In this document: positions 33,523-43,105 of the stretch, one piece after another
Layout of the letters: each line of letters starts with the position of its first letter
How positions within the stretch are numbered: the stretch's first letter is position 1
From: an uncultured Methanomassiliicoccales archaeon
GTDB lineage: Archaea; Thermoplasmatota; Thermoplasmata; Methanomassiliicoccales; UBA472
NCBI GenBank assembly: GCA_963695345.1
Contig: OY968769.1
Coordinates: 2,080,001-2,144,000 of the forward strand
DNA: 64,000 bases
Direction of reading: 5' to 3'
Program-made: the position numbers and the translations under genes
Notes under the pieces: generated by a model
Seen by the model: the letters and a program-made list of their open reading frames with translations, nothing else
The model's database searches: none
Told to the model about the DNA's origin: nothing

Positions 33523-34407
33523 TCAATGCTTGTCGACGAGAAGCAGGTTCCGGTCGATCTTGCCAAGATTGTTTCTGTAGTATCCGCACAGTGATCGTAT
33601 CGAATCCTCCAATCGGGTGAATTGGAATCCCTTCATTTCGTTCATTATCCTGGAATTGTCACCGCTGTATTCCAGCTGCAGGCCTTCCTGCTGGACCTCG
33701 ACCTCCACTTCCGCCCCGGTGACCTTGAGTATCATCTTTGCCAACGTAAGCAGGTCCACCGACCTTCCCGTGCAGGCGTTATAATGATGGTGTTCCATCG
33801 TGTTCTTGCATACGTGCTCGATCATCCGCACGAGATCATCGACCCAGATGTAGTCGAAGAAGACGTTTTTCCTTATGCTTATGGGAAGACCGAAAAGTGC
33901 CTTGCACATCGCGTTCGAAATGAACCTGATCTCCCAGTCCTCGTAAGGTCCGAAGCAGCCGAAGACCCTCAGGTCGATCACGTTGGATAATGGATCGATC
34001 GACTTGGCCATTGCATACTTTGAGAGGCCGTATTGGTCAACTGGAACGTGCCGACCGAAATACTGTTCCCTCATGAAAGGGAGATAATGTCGCTTGTCAT
34101 ACTCCGCCCCTGAACCGAGATAGATCATTTTTCCATATCTATCGTTCAATCTGGTCAGGTTGTAGAACATCAACAGGTTCTTCTCCAGCACCAGATGGGT
34201 ATCCTTCTTGGAGTTGGCGGTGGAATTCCAGGTGGCCGTGTGGATCACACTGTCGAAGTCATTGCGATCGACGTAATGCTCGACCGCCTCTTGATCCAAC
34301 AGGTCCAGTTCTTTGCTGGTCGGTGCGAATACTTCCATGTCCGATGGGAGCTTCTCCACGATGTTCCTTCCAATGAACCCTCGACCACCGGTGACGAAGA
34401 CCCTCAT
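33523..34407 (-). CDS. NAD(P)-dependent sugar-nucleotide reductase (extended SDR, YerF-like)
   Basis: VTGGRGFIG, LGSGAEY, YGLSK, LRVFGCFGP. Confidence 0.8.
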   Translation of the reverse strand: MRVFVTGGRGFIGRNIVEKLPSDMEVFAPTSKELDLLDQEAVEHYVDRNDFDSVIHTATWNSTANSKKDTHLVLEKNLLMFYNLTRLNDRYGKMIYLGSGAEYDKRHYLPFMREQYFGRHVPVDQYGLSKYAMAKSIDPLSNVIDLRVFGCFGPYEDWEIRFISNAMCKALFGLPISIRKNVFFDYIWVDDLVRMIEHVCKNTMEHHHYNACTGRSVDLLTLAKMILKVTGAEVEVEVQQEGLQLEYSGDNSRIMNEMKGFQFTRLEDSIRSLCGYYRNNLGKIDRNLLLVDKH

Positions 34408-34599
34408 GTCCGTCCCTCATGAACTTGTTGCATGGCTGTTGCGTACCTGAATCGCCAGGTCACTATTAATAGTCATGACAAATGATAATTCGAACTCCGA
34501 TGTTGACAGTGCGTTAATGAATGGATATTGAACCCGATCCGTTCGACATTATCACGCCGTTGGCATATCGATGATAGAAGGGTCATCAGATCCCCATCC

Positions 34600-34640
34600 A
34601 TATAAATAAATAATCAAGGAATATTATAATATTATTGAAA
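34600..34640. promoter_or_regulatory. AT-rich divergent promoter region with 14-bp perfect palindrome
   Basis: aatattataatatt at 34620-34633, between the divergent SDR-ThDP operon and rfbFGH. Confidence 0.45.
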
Positions 34641-34695
34641 ATAACGAGTAAATTCATATACTATCTAACAATAATGTGGAATCCAAGGGTACCAT

Positions 34696-35466
34696 ATGAA
34701 GGTAGTCATCCTGGCTGGAGGCCTTGGCACACGATTGAGCGAGGAGACGGTCGACCGCCCCAAACCGATGGTCGAAATCGGTGGAATGCCAATAATCTGG
34801 CACATTATGAAGCATTACTCGTTCTATGGTTTCAACGATTTTGTGATCTGCCTTGGGTACAAGGGCTACATGATCAAGGAGTATTTTGCCAATTATTTCA
34901 TCCACATGTCCGATGTCACCGTGGATCTGAAGAACAACAAGATCGAGGTCCACAGCGCCCATGCCGAACCCTGGAAAGTGACCATGGTCGACACGGGGAC
35001 GGAGACGATGACCGGTGGACGGTTGAAAAGGGTGCAGGATTACGTCGGCGAGGGCACATTCATGATGACCTACGGGGACGGGGTCAGCGACCTCAACCTC
35101 AAATCCTTGGTGAAGTTCCACAAGTCAAAGAAGGTCAAGGCCACCCTCACCGCGGTCAAACCGACCGGCAAGTGGGGCCAATTGGACATTGGTCAGAAGG
35201 ACATCGTGGAATCATTCGTGGAGAAACCGAAGGGAGACGGGAGCTACATCAACGGCGGCTTCTTCGTCCTCGAACCCGAGGTCTTCGACTATATCAAGAA
35301 CGACTCCACGATATGGGAGCGGGACCCCCTGGAAGGATTGGCCAAAGGACATAAACTGGCCGCTTACAAGTACGATGGTTTCTGGTATGCCATGGACACC
35401 CTCAGGGACAAGATGTATCTGGAGAATCAGTGGGCTTCCGGTCAGGCACCCTGGAAATCCTGGTGA
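34696..35466 (+). CDS. rfbF: Glucose-1-phosphate cytidylyltransferase
   Basis: MKVVILAGGLGTRLSEET..PKPMVEIG, TMTGGRLKR, TYGDG, MDTLRDK, APWKSW. Confidence 0.96.
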   Translation: MKVVILAGGLGTRLSEETVDRPKPMVEIGGMPIIWHIMKHYSFYGFNDFVICLGYKGYMIKEYFANYFIHMSDVTVDLKNNKIEVHSAHAEPWKVTMVDTGTETMTGGRLKRVQDYVGEGTFMMTYGDGVSDLNLKSLVKFHKSKKVKATLTAVKPTGKWGQLDIGQKDIVESFVEKPKGDGSYINGGFFVLEPEVFDYIKNDSTIWERDPLEGLAKGHKLAAYKYDGFWYAMDTLRDKMYLENQWASGQAPWKSW

Positions 35467-35472
35467 TGCCAA

Positions 35473-36573
35473 TTGACCCTTCATGACCTTTCATACTACC
35501 GAGGCAAGCGGGTCTACCTCACCGGCCATACCGGGTTCAAGGGCGGCTGGCTCGCATCCTGGTTGGACAAGCTCGGAGCGAAGGTCCACGGGTTCTCATT
35601 GGCCCCCGGGACCGATCCCAGTTTCTTCGATTCCACAGGCATACAGGACCGGATCGAGAACGAGATCGGGGACATCCGGGACCTTTCTGCCCTGAAACGG
35701 TCGATGGGCGAATTCCAGCCGGATATGGTGTTCCACCTTGCCGCCCAGCCTCTGGTCCGGCTTTCGTACGAGGAACCGGTCGAGACCTTCGAGACCAATG
35801 TCATGGGGACCGTCAACGTCCTGGAGGCATTGAGGGGCTGTTCCGGAACCAAGGCCTGCGTGATGATAACCAGCGACAAATGCTACCAGAACAATGAATG
35901 GGTGTATTCCTATCGGGAGAACGATCCGATGGGAGGTCACGACCCATACAGCGCCAGCAAAGGGGCGGCGGAGATCGTCATCGGCTCATACCGTTCATCA
36001 TACTTCTCAAAGGCGGCCAAGGAGGGTGCCGGATGCGGCGTGGCCAGCGCGAGGGCGGGCAACGTGATCGGGGGAGGGGATTGGGCCCTCGACCGGATCG
36101 TCCCCGACTGCATGAGGAACCTCAAGGCCTCCAAGCCCATCGTGGTCAGGAATCCGGCGGCGGTACGTCCCTGGCAACATGTCATGGAGCCTCTCTATGG
36201 ATATCTCTGCCTGGGGGCATCATTGGCAAAGCGTCCCTCCGATTTTGACTCGGCATGGAACTTCGGACCGGCCTCGGGCAACGTCAACGTAGGCTCCCTG
36301 GTGGAGATGATCGTCAAGGAATGGGGCTCCGGGAAATGGATAGATGCTTCCAATCCTTCGGACCGGCATGAGGCCCATTTCCTGCGCTTGGACAGCACGA
36401 AGGCCAGCAGCCTGCTCGGATGGCAGGGGATCCTGGATGTACCGGACGCCGTGGCCATGTCCGTGGAGTGGTACAAGGAGTTCTATTCCAACGGAGATAT
36501 GGCGGCCAAGACCAACGCCCAGATCTCCGAGTACATGGAGAGGGCAGAGCTACGTTCAAAGCGTATGGAGTGA
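35473..36573 (+). CDS. rfbG: CDP-glucose 4,6-dehydratase
   Basis: [53 protein letters not shown]. Confidence 0.96.
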   Translation: MTLHDLSYYRGKRVYLTGHTGFKGGWLASWLDKLGAKVHGFSLAPGTDPSFFDSTGIQDRIENEIGDIRDLSALKRSMGEFQPDMVFHLAAQPLVRLSYEEPVETFETNVMGTVNVLEALRGCSGTKACVMITSDKCYQNNEWVYSYRENDPMGGHDPYSASKGAAEIVIGSYRSSYFSKAAKEGAGCGVASARAGNVIGGGDWALDRIVPDCMRNLKASKPIVVRNPAAVRPWQHVMEPLYGYLCLGASLAKRPSDFDSAWNFGPASGNVNVGSLVEMIVKEWGSGKWIDASNPSDRHEAHFLRLDSTKASSLLGWQGILDVPDAVAMSVEWYKEFYSNGDMAAKTNAQISEYMERAELRSKRME

Positions 36574-36577
36574 GACC

Positions 36578-37930
36578 ATGGCAGATCATGATGACGTTCT
36601 GAGCAACCGTAAGCTGGACCGCGATCCCCGGGCGGCGGAGCTGCGCGATTCGATCCTGAAGCAAGTGGAAGAATACTTCTCCATTGCCCATGCCAAGGCG
36701 GAGTTCGTGCCCGGTAAGACGCCGGTGCCGGTCTCCGGGAAGGTCTTCGACGGAGACGACGGGCAATTCCTGGTGGCCTCCTCATTGGATTTCTGGTTGA
36801 CCACGGGCAGGTTCAACGACATGTTCGAGAGCCGGTTCAGGGACTTCATCCAGAGCGAGCACGCCCTCACCACCAACTCCGGTTCCTCCGCCAATCTGCT
36901 GGCGGTCACCGCGCTCACCTCGAACAAGCTTGGCGGCGAACGGTTGAGAAAGGGAGACGAGGTGATCACCGTGGCGGCGGGATTCCCCACCACGCTCAAC
37001 CCCATCATTCAGAACGGCCTCGTTCCGGTGTTCGTTGATGTGGGGCTGCCCACGTACAATGTCAACGCAGACCTCCTGGAGGATGCGGTATCGGAGAAGA
37101 CCAAGGCGATGATCTTCGCCCATACACTGGGAAACCCCTTCGATGTGGACAGGATCGTGGCGTTCGCCGAGGAGCACGATCTCTGGCTGGTCGAGGATTG
37201 CTGCGATGCCCTGGGTTCGAGATACGGCGGTCGACCGGTCGGGACGTTCGGTGACATCGGTACCTTCAGCTTCTATCCCGCCCACCACATAACCATGGGG
37301 GAAGGCGGTGCGGTGGCCACGAACGATGACGTTCTGGCAAAATCCTTGGAATCGTTCCGGGACTGGGGTCGTGATTGCCATTGCCCGCCCGGTCATGACA
37401 ATACCTGCCGGAACCGTTACGGGTTCAAGTTCGAGAACCTTCCCCAGGGTTACGATCACAAGTATGTCTACTCGGAGGTCGGATACAATCTGAAGATCTC
37501 CGACATGCAGGCGTCCGTCGGCCTGTCCCAGATGGACAAGCTGTCCGGGTTCATCGTCAGGAGGCAGGAGAACTACGCCAAACTGCGCGGGGCCCTCGCA
37601 GATCTGGAGGGATCGATAATATTGCCCGAGGCAACACCGAACAGCGAGCCGTCCTGGTTCGGTTTCCCCATATCGGTCAAGGGCGGGTTCGAGGAAAGGA
37701 ACCGGCTCATCGATTTCCTGGACCGGAAGAAGATCGGGACGAGGTTGCTCTTCGGAGGCAACCTGACCAAGCAGCCCTACTTCAAGGACATTCCACACCG
37801 CCAGATTGGCTCTCTCCCCAACACCGACAGGATAATGAACCAGACGCTTTGGCTGGGGGTCTATCCCGGGCTGACCCAGGAAATGATCGAGTACGTCAGT
37901 GCGTCAGTTCACGAGTTCTTCAAGCGGTGA
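36578..37930 (+). CDS. rfbH: CDP-4-keto-6-deoxyglucose 3-dehydrase E1 (PMP/[2Fe-2S])
   Basis: [31 protein letters not shown] (His replaces the aminotransferase Lys), [22 protein letters not shown]. Confidence 0.95.
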   Translation: MADHDDVLSNRKLDRDPRAAELRDSILKQVEEYFSIAHAKAEFVPGKTPVPVSGKVFDGDDGQFLVASSLDFWLTTGRFNDMFESRFRDFIQSEHALTTNSGSSANLLAVTALTSNKLGGERLRKGDEVITVAAGFPTTLNPIIQNGLVPVFVDVGLPTYNVNADLLEDAVSEKTKAMIFAHTLGNPFDVDRIVAFAEEHDLWLVEDCCDALGSRYGGRPVGTFGDIGTFSFYPAHHITMGEGGAVATNDDVLAKSLESFRDWGRDCHCPPGHDNTCRNRYGFKFENLPQGYDHKYVYSEVGYNLKISDMQASVGLSQMDKLSGFIVRRQENYAKLRGALADLEGSIILPEATPNSEPSWFGFPISVKGGFEERNRLIDFLDRKKIGTRLLFGGNLTKQPYFKDIPHRQIGSLPNTDRIMNQTLWLGVYPGLTQEMIEYVSASVHEFFKR

Positions 37931-38060
37931 AGGACGGTCCAGGGATGCGAGGTCCGGATATCAGAGGAATGTGGGGGGGTCCAGTCCCATGCCATCGAAA
38001 TCCATACATTTTTGGACATGTGGGTATTTCCATTAAGCATAACATCGATTGAGGATTGAG

Positions 38061-39179
38061 ATGCGTATACTAGTGGTCACCAAATACTACCATCCGGTCA
38101 TTGGCGGAGTGGAGACCCTGGTCCGCACACTGGCCGAACGTCATGTCCTTGCCGGACACCAATGCACGGTGCTATGCATGGACCACTCGAGGGATTCCGA
38201 GGAGATACTGAACGGGGTCCGGGTGGTCCGCTTCCACCGGCAGGGTCTGGCCCGGACCGGGATCCATCTGGGAGTAAGGGATTGGCTGATATCGAACGCC
38301 AATCCGGACCAATTCGATATCGTCAACATTCATAACTTCCATTCGCCCCAGGCCCTGATGGCGGGTTTCTACTGTCGGCAGCATGACCTGCCGTTCGTTT
38401 TCACCACCCACTACCATGGACACGGCCAGAACAGGAAAAGGGACCTGCTCTTCCGAGTATATCGGATCTATGGAAGCAACATCTACCATTGGTCTGAAAA
38501 GAATATCTGCGTCTCGAACTTCGAAAAGGAACTGGTCCAGAACGATTTCCATCTACCAGAGGACAGCATCGTCATCGTGCCCAACGGAGGCCGGGACCTC
38601 ATGAAGGTGGACGTGCCCAAGGAAGATTCCATACTCTACGTCGGCAGGCTGGTGAAGTACAAGGGTGTGGACCATATCCTCTCGGCCATGGCCATTCTGA
38701 AGGGCCGGGGCAAGAACGTTCAGCTAAGGGTCGTGGGCACCGGACCGGAGAAGGAATCGCTGGTAAGAACGGCCCAGGAGCTCGGATTGGAGGGGCAGAT
38801 CGTCTGGATGGAAGGGATCAGCGAGGAGCAGCTGAACCTGGAGTATCATAAGGCCGGTGTCCTGGTGCTCTTGTCCGCCCTGGAAGCCTATGGTCTGGTC
38901 ATCGCGGAGGCGTTGAAGTCCGGGACACCCTGCATCGTGGCGAAAACGTCGGCACTCACCGAGTTCACTTCCGAACCGGGCTGCTTCGGGGTGGAGTTCC
39001 CACCGGACCCGGAGGAGGTGGCCACTCTGATCGAGAAGACCATAGAGGGGGACGTTAAGGTCGGGCCCCTGAGCGACAAGCTGATCACCTGGCAGCAGGT
39101 GTCGGAGCGTTACCTCGACATCTACCGGGAGGCCATGGAACGTTTCCGTGCCAGGGCCGATACCGTCAGGGGTCCTTGA
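38061..39179 (+). CDS. GT4 family glycosyltransferase
   Basis: YYHPVIGGVE, YVGRLVKYKG, EAYGLVIAEA. Confidence 0.9.
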   Translation: MRILVVTKYYHPVIGGVETLVRTLAERHVLAGHQCTVLCMDHSRDSEEILNGVRVVRFHRQGLARTGIHLGVRDWLISNANPDQFDIVNIHNFHSPQALMAGFYCRQHDLPFVFTTHYHGHGQNRKRDLLFRVYRIYGSNIYHWSEKNICVSNFEKELVQNDFHLPEDSIVIVPNGGRDLMKVDVPKEDSILYVGRLVKYKGVDHILSAMAILKGRGKNVQLRVVGTGPEKESLVRTAQELGLEGQIVWMEGISEEQLNLEYHKAGVLVLLSALEAYGLVIAEALKSGTPCIVAKTSALTEFTSEPGCFGVEFPPDPEEVATLIEKTIEGDVKVGPLSDKLITWQQVSERYLDIYREAMERFRARADTVRGP

Positions 39180-39206
39180 GTCGTTAGCTCTTTTTGGCGG
39201 TACCGA

Positions 39207-40001
39207 TTACGGCAGAGTGAACCCTAGCGATTCCGCCTCGTCGAACGCCTTCTGGGCCGAGTCCCTTCCTAGTGTCTTTATCACCAATTCCCTTTTTTCC
39301 AGGATATCCTTGACCAGGACCAGGTCCTTCTCCAGAAGCATCCGGGTATCCGATCTCCTCAGGTCGAGCATGGTGACGGGATACAAACGGTATCTTTCCA
39401 GAAGCTCTTCCAATCCTCCCTGTTCTGGCTGCTTCCATCCGATCAGCTTCATGCATATGCAATCGGCATACTTCACCACATCACTGGTGAAACGCGTATT
39501 GGTTACCAGGTAGGGGCATTTGAGGTCCTTCGATCCATCCACGTCCAGGAACCTGCCATAGGTATAAAGTGCGGTCTGGATGCTGCACTTCAGGGCCAGG
39601 GAGTTGTGGAACTTGCACTCCACCATGTACCGTTCCTGATCCTTCTCCATCATGACATCGACCTCATGCATGACGCATATGCCTTGGACCATCTCCCGGA
39701 CCTTTGCCTGGTAGCCCATCTCCTGGAACAGCCGGAAGATGAGGGTCTCGAAGTGGTGTCCTTCCGGCCCCAATGCCAAGATCGCCTTTTTCAACCCATA
39801 TCTGGCCGCCGTGCGGGCGTTGAGCATGATGCGGATCTGGCGATAGATCTCTTCGGTGGTGATGCCGTCGTATAGTCTGGGCAACAGGCGGTCTATGGTG
39901 TCATCGGCCTCATCCGACGATGCCCCCGCCCGCATGACCGCCGTCTTGGTCTTGGCACGGTCGAACTCCTCTGTCTCCCCGGATCGTTTGGTCACCTTCA
40001 T
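39207..40001 (-). CDS. ATP-cone + Mrr-like PD-(D/E)XK restriction endonuclease domain protein
   Basis: MKVTKRSGETEEFDRAK..YDGITTEEIY (ATP cone); LGPEGHHFE, HEVDV..VECKFHN, VTNTRF. Confidence 0.85.
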   Translation of the reverse strand: MKVTKRSGETEEFDRAKTKTAVMRAGASSDEADDTIDRLLPRLYDGITTEEIYRQIRIMLNARTAARYGLKKAILALGPEGHHFETLIFRLFQEMGYQAKVREMVQGICVMHEVDVMMEKDQERYMVECKFHNSLALKCSIQTALYTYGRFLDVDGSKDLKCPYLVTNTRFTSDVVKYADCICMKLIGWKQPEQGGLEELLERYRLYPVTMLDLRRSDTRMLLEKDLVLVKDILEKRELVIKTLGRDSAQKAFDEAESLGFTLP

Positions 40002-40192
40002 GCGCTCACCGACAGGATACGGAGAGATTGCCCGGAATAAATCAGTATTCCCAGTGAAGCGCGTCAGGATGGCCGCCATCGATGCCCGGTTTGCTCCGTT
40101 TCCCTTCGCCCACGGTCCTGGACCATCCGTGAAATCGTATGGAAACCCATCCTTGCCATCGATTAATAATATCCAATCCGGTATCCTGACCG

Positions 40193-41461
40193 TTGAATCG
40201 CCCACGGGTATCTGGCGAATTGGCCAAGCCGGCGTTGTTGATGGCAGTGGCCACTCTGATGGGTGGGGGATGCGACTATCTGTTCCAGTACTACATGAGC
40301 GGAACGATGACCCCGGCCAGTTTCTCAGAGCTTTCGGCCTTGTTGTCCATGTTCTACCTGGCGGTGGCGCCGGCCCAGGTCATGAGCACGTTCCTGGTCA
40401 AGCAGACCTCCCGGCTCAACGTCGAGGGACGGAAGCACGAGATCGCCTGGATGATCCGGAAAATGGTGCTCTATGAGGCGATCATAGGCGCCGCCATCGC
40501 CCTGGGGATGTACCTGCTGCTGCCCAGCATATCCAATTTCATCTATCTCTCCTCGACGTTCCCGGTCTTCCTGCTCATGGCCGGGGTGGTGATATCATTG
40601 ATATCGCCGGTCGGATATGGGACCAGCCAAGGGCTCGAACGGTTCCGTTACAATGCCCTCTATGGGATCACCGGGCCGGTCACCAAGCTCGGGATGGGCA
40701 TCATCCTGGTCGCCATAGGCTTCGGTATCATGGGGGCCCTCGGAGGGGTGTTGATCGGTCTGTCCCTGGCTTTGGCCGTTTCTCTGTACTCGATCCGGGA
40801 CATCTTCCGGGTCGAACCGGTCCGTATCCCCGGACCAGAGCTGGTGAGGATGCGGGCTTCGCTCGTGCACGTGATAATCGCCGTCACTTGCCTCACCATC
40901 ATGGTCAACGTGGATGTGATACTGGCAAGGCAGTATCTTGACGCCAACACCGCCGGTCTGTACGCGGTATGCTCCATGCTCGGCAAGATAATCCTCTTCC
41001 TGCCGTCGTCCATCAACATCGTGATCTATCCGAAGCTGTCGGCAGCCCATGCCAAGAGATCCGGCACCGTTGCCATGATGCGCCTTTCCGTCCTGATCGC
41101 CCTGGGGGTGACCGGCATCGTGGTCATCTCTTTCTTCCTCTTCCCTAACGAGATACTCCGGCTTCTTTACGGGGGGGACAAATACATCGGGGCGGCGGCG
41201 GGACTGGGCATACTGGGATTGGCCATGGCCCTCCTGGGCGTCGCCAACCTTTTCATGAACTATGGTCTGGCCGTCGAGTCGCGGGCGTACCTGGCCATAA
41301 TGGTGTTCTTCACCGCGTTACAGGTGGCGTTGATCGTCCTGTTCCATGATTCCCTGGTGACGATCGCCCTGGACATGCTGTTGGCCTTCGGGGGGACCAC
41401 TCTGGTGAGCTGGACCTACATGGAGTTGAGCAGCGACAAGACTGCCCATCCAGAAGCCTGA
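40193..41461 (+). CDS. Oligosaccharide flippase (Wzx family)
   Basis: ~12 TM segments, QGLERF, NVDVILAR, AGLYA..LGKI..YPK. Confidence 0.85.
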   Translation: MNRPRVSGELAKPALLMAVATLMGGGCDYLFQYYMSGTMTPASFSELSALLSMFYLAVAPAQVMSTFLVKQTSRLNVEGRKHEIAWMIRKMVLYEAIIGAAIALGMYLLLPSISNFIYLSSTFPVFLLMAGVVISLISPVGYGTSQGLERFRYNALYGITGPVTKLGMGIILVAIGFGIMGALGGVLIGLSLALAVSLYSIRDIFRVEPVRIPGPELVRMRASLVHVIIAVTCLTIMVNVDVILARQYLDANTAGLYAVCSMLGKIILFLPSSINIVIYPKLSAAHAKRSGTVAMMRLSVLIALGVTGIVVISFFLFPNEILRLLYGGDKYIGAAAGLGILGLAMALLGVANLFMNYGLAVESRAYLAIMVFFTALQVALIVLFHDSLVTIALDMLLAFGGTTLVSWTYMELSSDKTAHPEA

Positions 41462-41560
41462 TGCGAGACGCCCTTCTACCGATATCACATCACTGTTCTC
41501 GACAGCGATTCACCGATATTGATAATAGTCCGAGTTCAATTAACGGAACGTGATCCCAAA

Positions 41561-42358
41561 TTGTCTGGAGAACTCCTTTCGATCATCATCCCCTCGCTGA
41601 ATGAGGAAAGGCACATCGGCATGGCCCTGAGGTCCATCAAGGACCAGGACTACAAGCTCGTCGAGGTGATCCTGGTGGACTCGTTTTCCAAGGACCGGAC
41701 CAGGGAGATAGCCAGGGAGTACGGCGTCCAGATCGTGGACTATCCGGGAAGGGTCCTGGGGGCGAGGCTGGAGGGGCTAAAGAGGTCTACCGGTCAATGG
41801 GTGATGTTCATCGACGCTGACCAAGTGCTGCAGCCGAACGCGATCTCCCGCTGTGTGGAGCAGATACGGAGCCATGACATGGTGGTCCTCGGGGAACGTT
41901 CCTACCATCCATCCAACTGGGTCCAGCGTGGTCTGGACCGTCAAAGGCGGTTCTTGGAGAGCGAAGCGATGAAAGGAGGGGTGGGATACTACGTTTATCC
42001 TCGTCTCTTCAGACGGGAATTGCTGGAATTCGCCTACTCCCAGGTTCCCGAGTCGCTCCTTTCCAGCATGGGCAACTATGAGGACTCGCTTCTGTACTCG
42101 AAGATGCTGGCCAGATCAACCGACTCCATCATTGTCCCGGAGTCGGTCTGGCACAATGAGGAGGCGAATGCCCGAGAGCTCTACAGGCATCAGCGGAAGT
42201 TCGGAAAATACACCAGAGCCAGTCGATCGACCGTGAAGGTCGAGACCTTCCACCGCTCGAAGTCGAAGACCAGGGGAATGCTGGACGCGCTCCGCCACCA
42301 TTACTTCTGGGTCTCGGTAATTAAGGAACTGGGATTCCAGGTCGGCTACCGATTCTAG
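41561..42358 (+). CDS. GT2 family glycosyltransferase
   Basis: SIIIPSLNEE, VDSFSKDRT, FIDAD, YED. Confidence 0.88.
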   Translation: MSGELLSIIIPSLNEERHIGMALRSIKDQDYKLVEVILVDSFSKDRTREIAREYGVQIVDYPGRVLGARLEGLKRSTGQWVMFIDADQVLQPNAISRCVEQIRSHDMVVLGERSYHPSNWVQRGLDRQRRFLESEAMKGGVGYYVYPRLFRRELLEFAYSQVPESLLSSMGNYEDSLLYSKMLARSTDSIIVPESVWHNEEANARELYRHQRKFGKYTRASRSTVKVETFHRSKSKTRGMLDALRHHYFWVSVIKELGFQVGYRF

Positions 42359-42457
42359 ACCTGCAGTGGATCTGACGAAAAAAGGTTTAGGTCAACCCAT
42401 TTCTGAGGATTGAGTTGTGCATTTACTCCGTGGTACTGACATTCTTGACCGGATGGG

Positions 42458-42962
42458 TCATGATAGCCGCGTAGGCGCGGTTCGATGCATTCCTCTGCCA
42501 TCGTGAGGTCCAGCGGATTGAGCAACAAGAGAGAACGCGGTGTTGGTCGGCTCGGTGTTCAGCTCCCTCCTGAACGATTCACGCTGGTTGTTCTTCCAGG
42601 TGACGGTCATGAGGATGGAACCGTTCTTGAGCTCCAGGTTCAATGATTTCAGGATCGACGTGTATGTCGATGCCTTGCCCCGTACCGGACGTTCTCGATA
42701 CCCCCACCTTTGACATCAGGCCGAACGCCTCCAGCTGATAGACCAACTTGTAGCATGTGGCTATCGGCAGGTTAATCGACGGCGCCATCTCGCTGACGGT
42801 CAGGCTTCTTCTCGATGTCGTTCCCAAAATGAACAGCACGACCGGATCGATAATGAAATGGGCGACAGCCGTCTTGTCCTGCTTGCTCAGGCGACTGATT
42901 GCATCCAAGATCGCGCTGTCCATGTCTAACTCGTATGTATCCCCCACCAATCTTAACCCCAT
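42458..42962 (-). CDS. Winged-helix (ArsR-like) transcriptional regulator, one +1 frameshift near 42683
   Basis: LTVSEMAPSINLPIATCYKLVYQLEAFGL; removing one base gives SRTSGRGKASTYTSILKSLNLEL, joining ORFs 42579-43019 and 42458-42643. Confidence 0.7.
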
Positions 42963-43105
42963 ACCGTTATAAATGTGCGGAAAATAAAGCTTTTGAAAGA
43001 CTATCGGGAATCGACCCACTCCTTATACCCCGTTAAGTAACCAAGAAACTGCGAATTGTCGTAAGAATAGGATAATAAAAAGGAGAGAGCGGGCGCCCCG
43101 CCTCG

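Noticed and set aside
36782-37798. Long antisense/alternative-frame ORFs (also 6358-7149, 32254-33087, 34635-35354)
   Set aside because: Shadows of well-supported genes, expected from GC3-rich codon usage; no recognisable motifs
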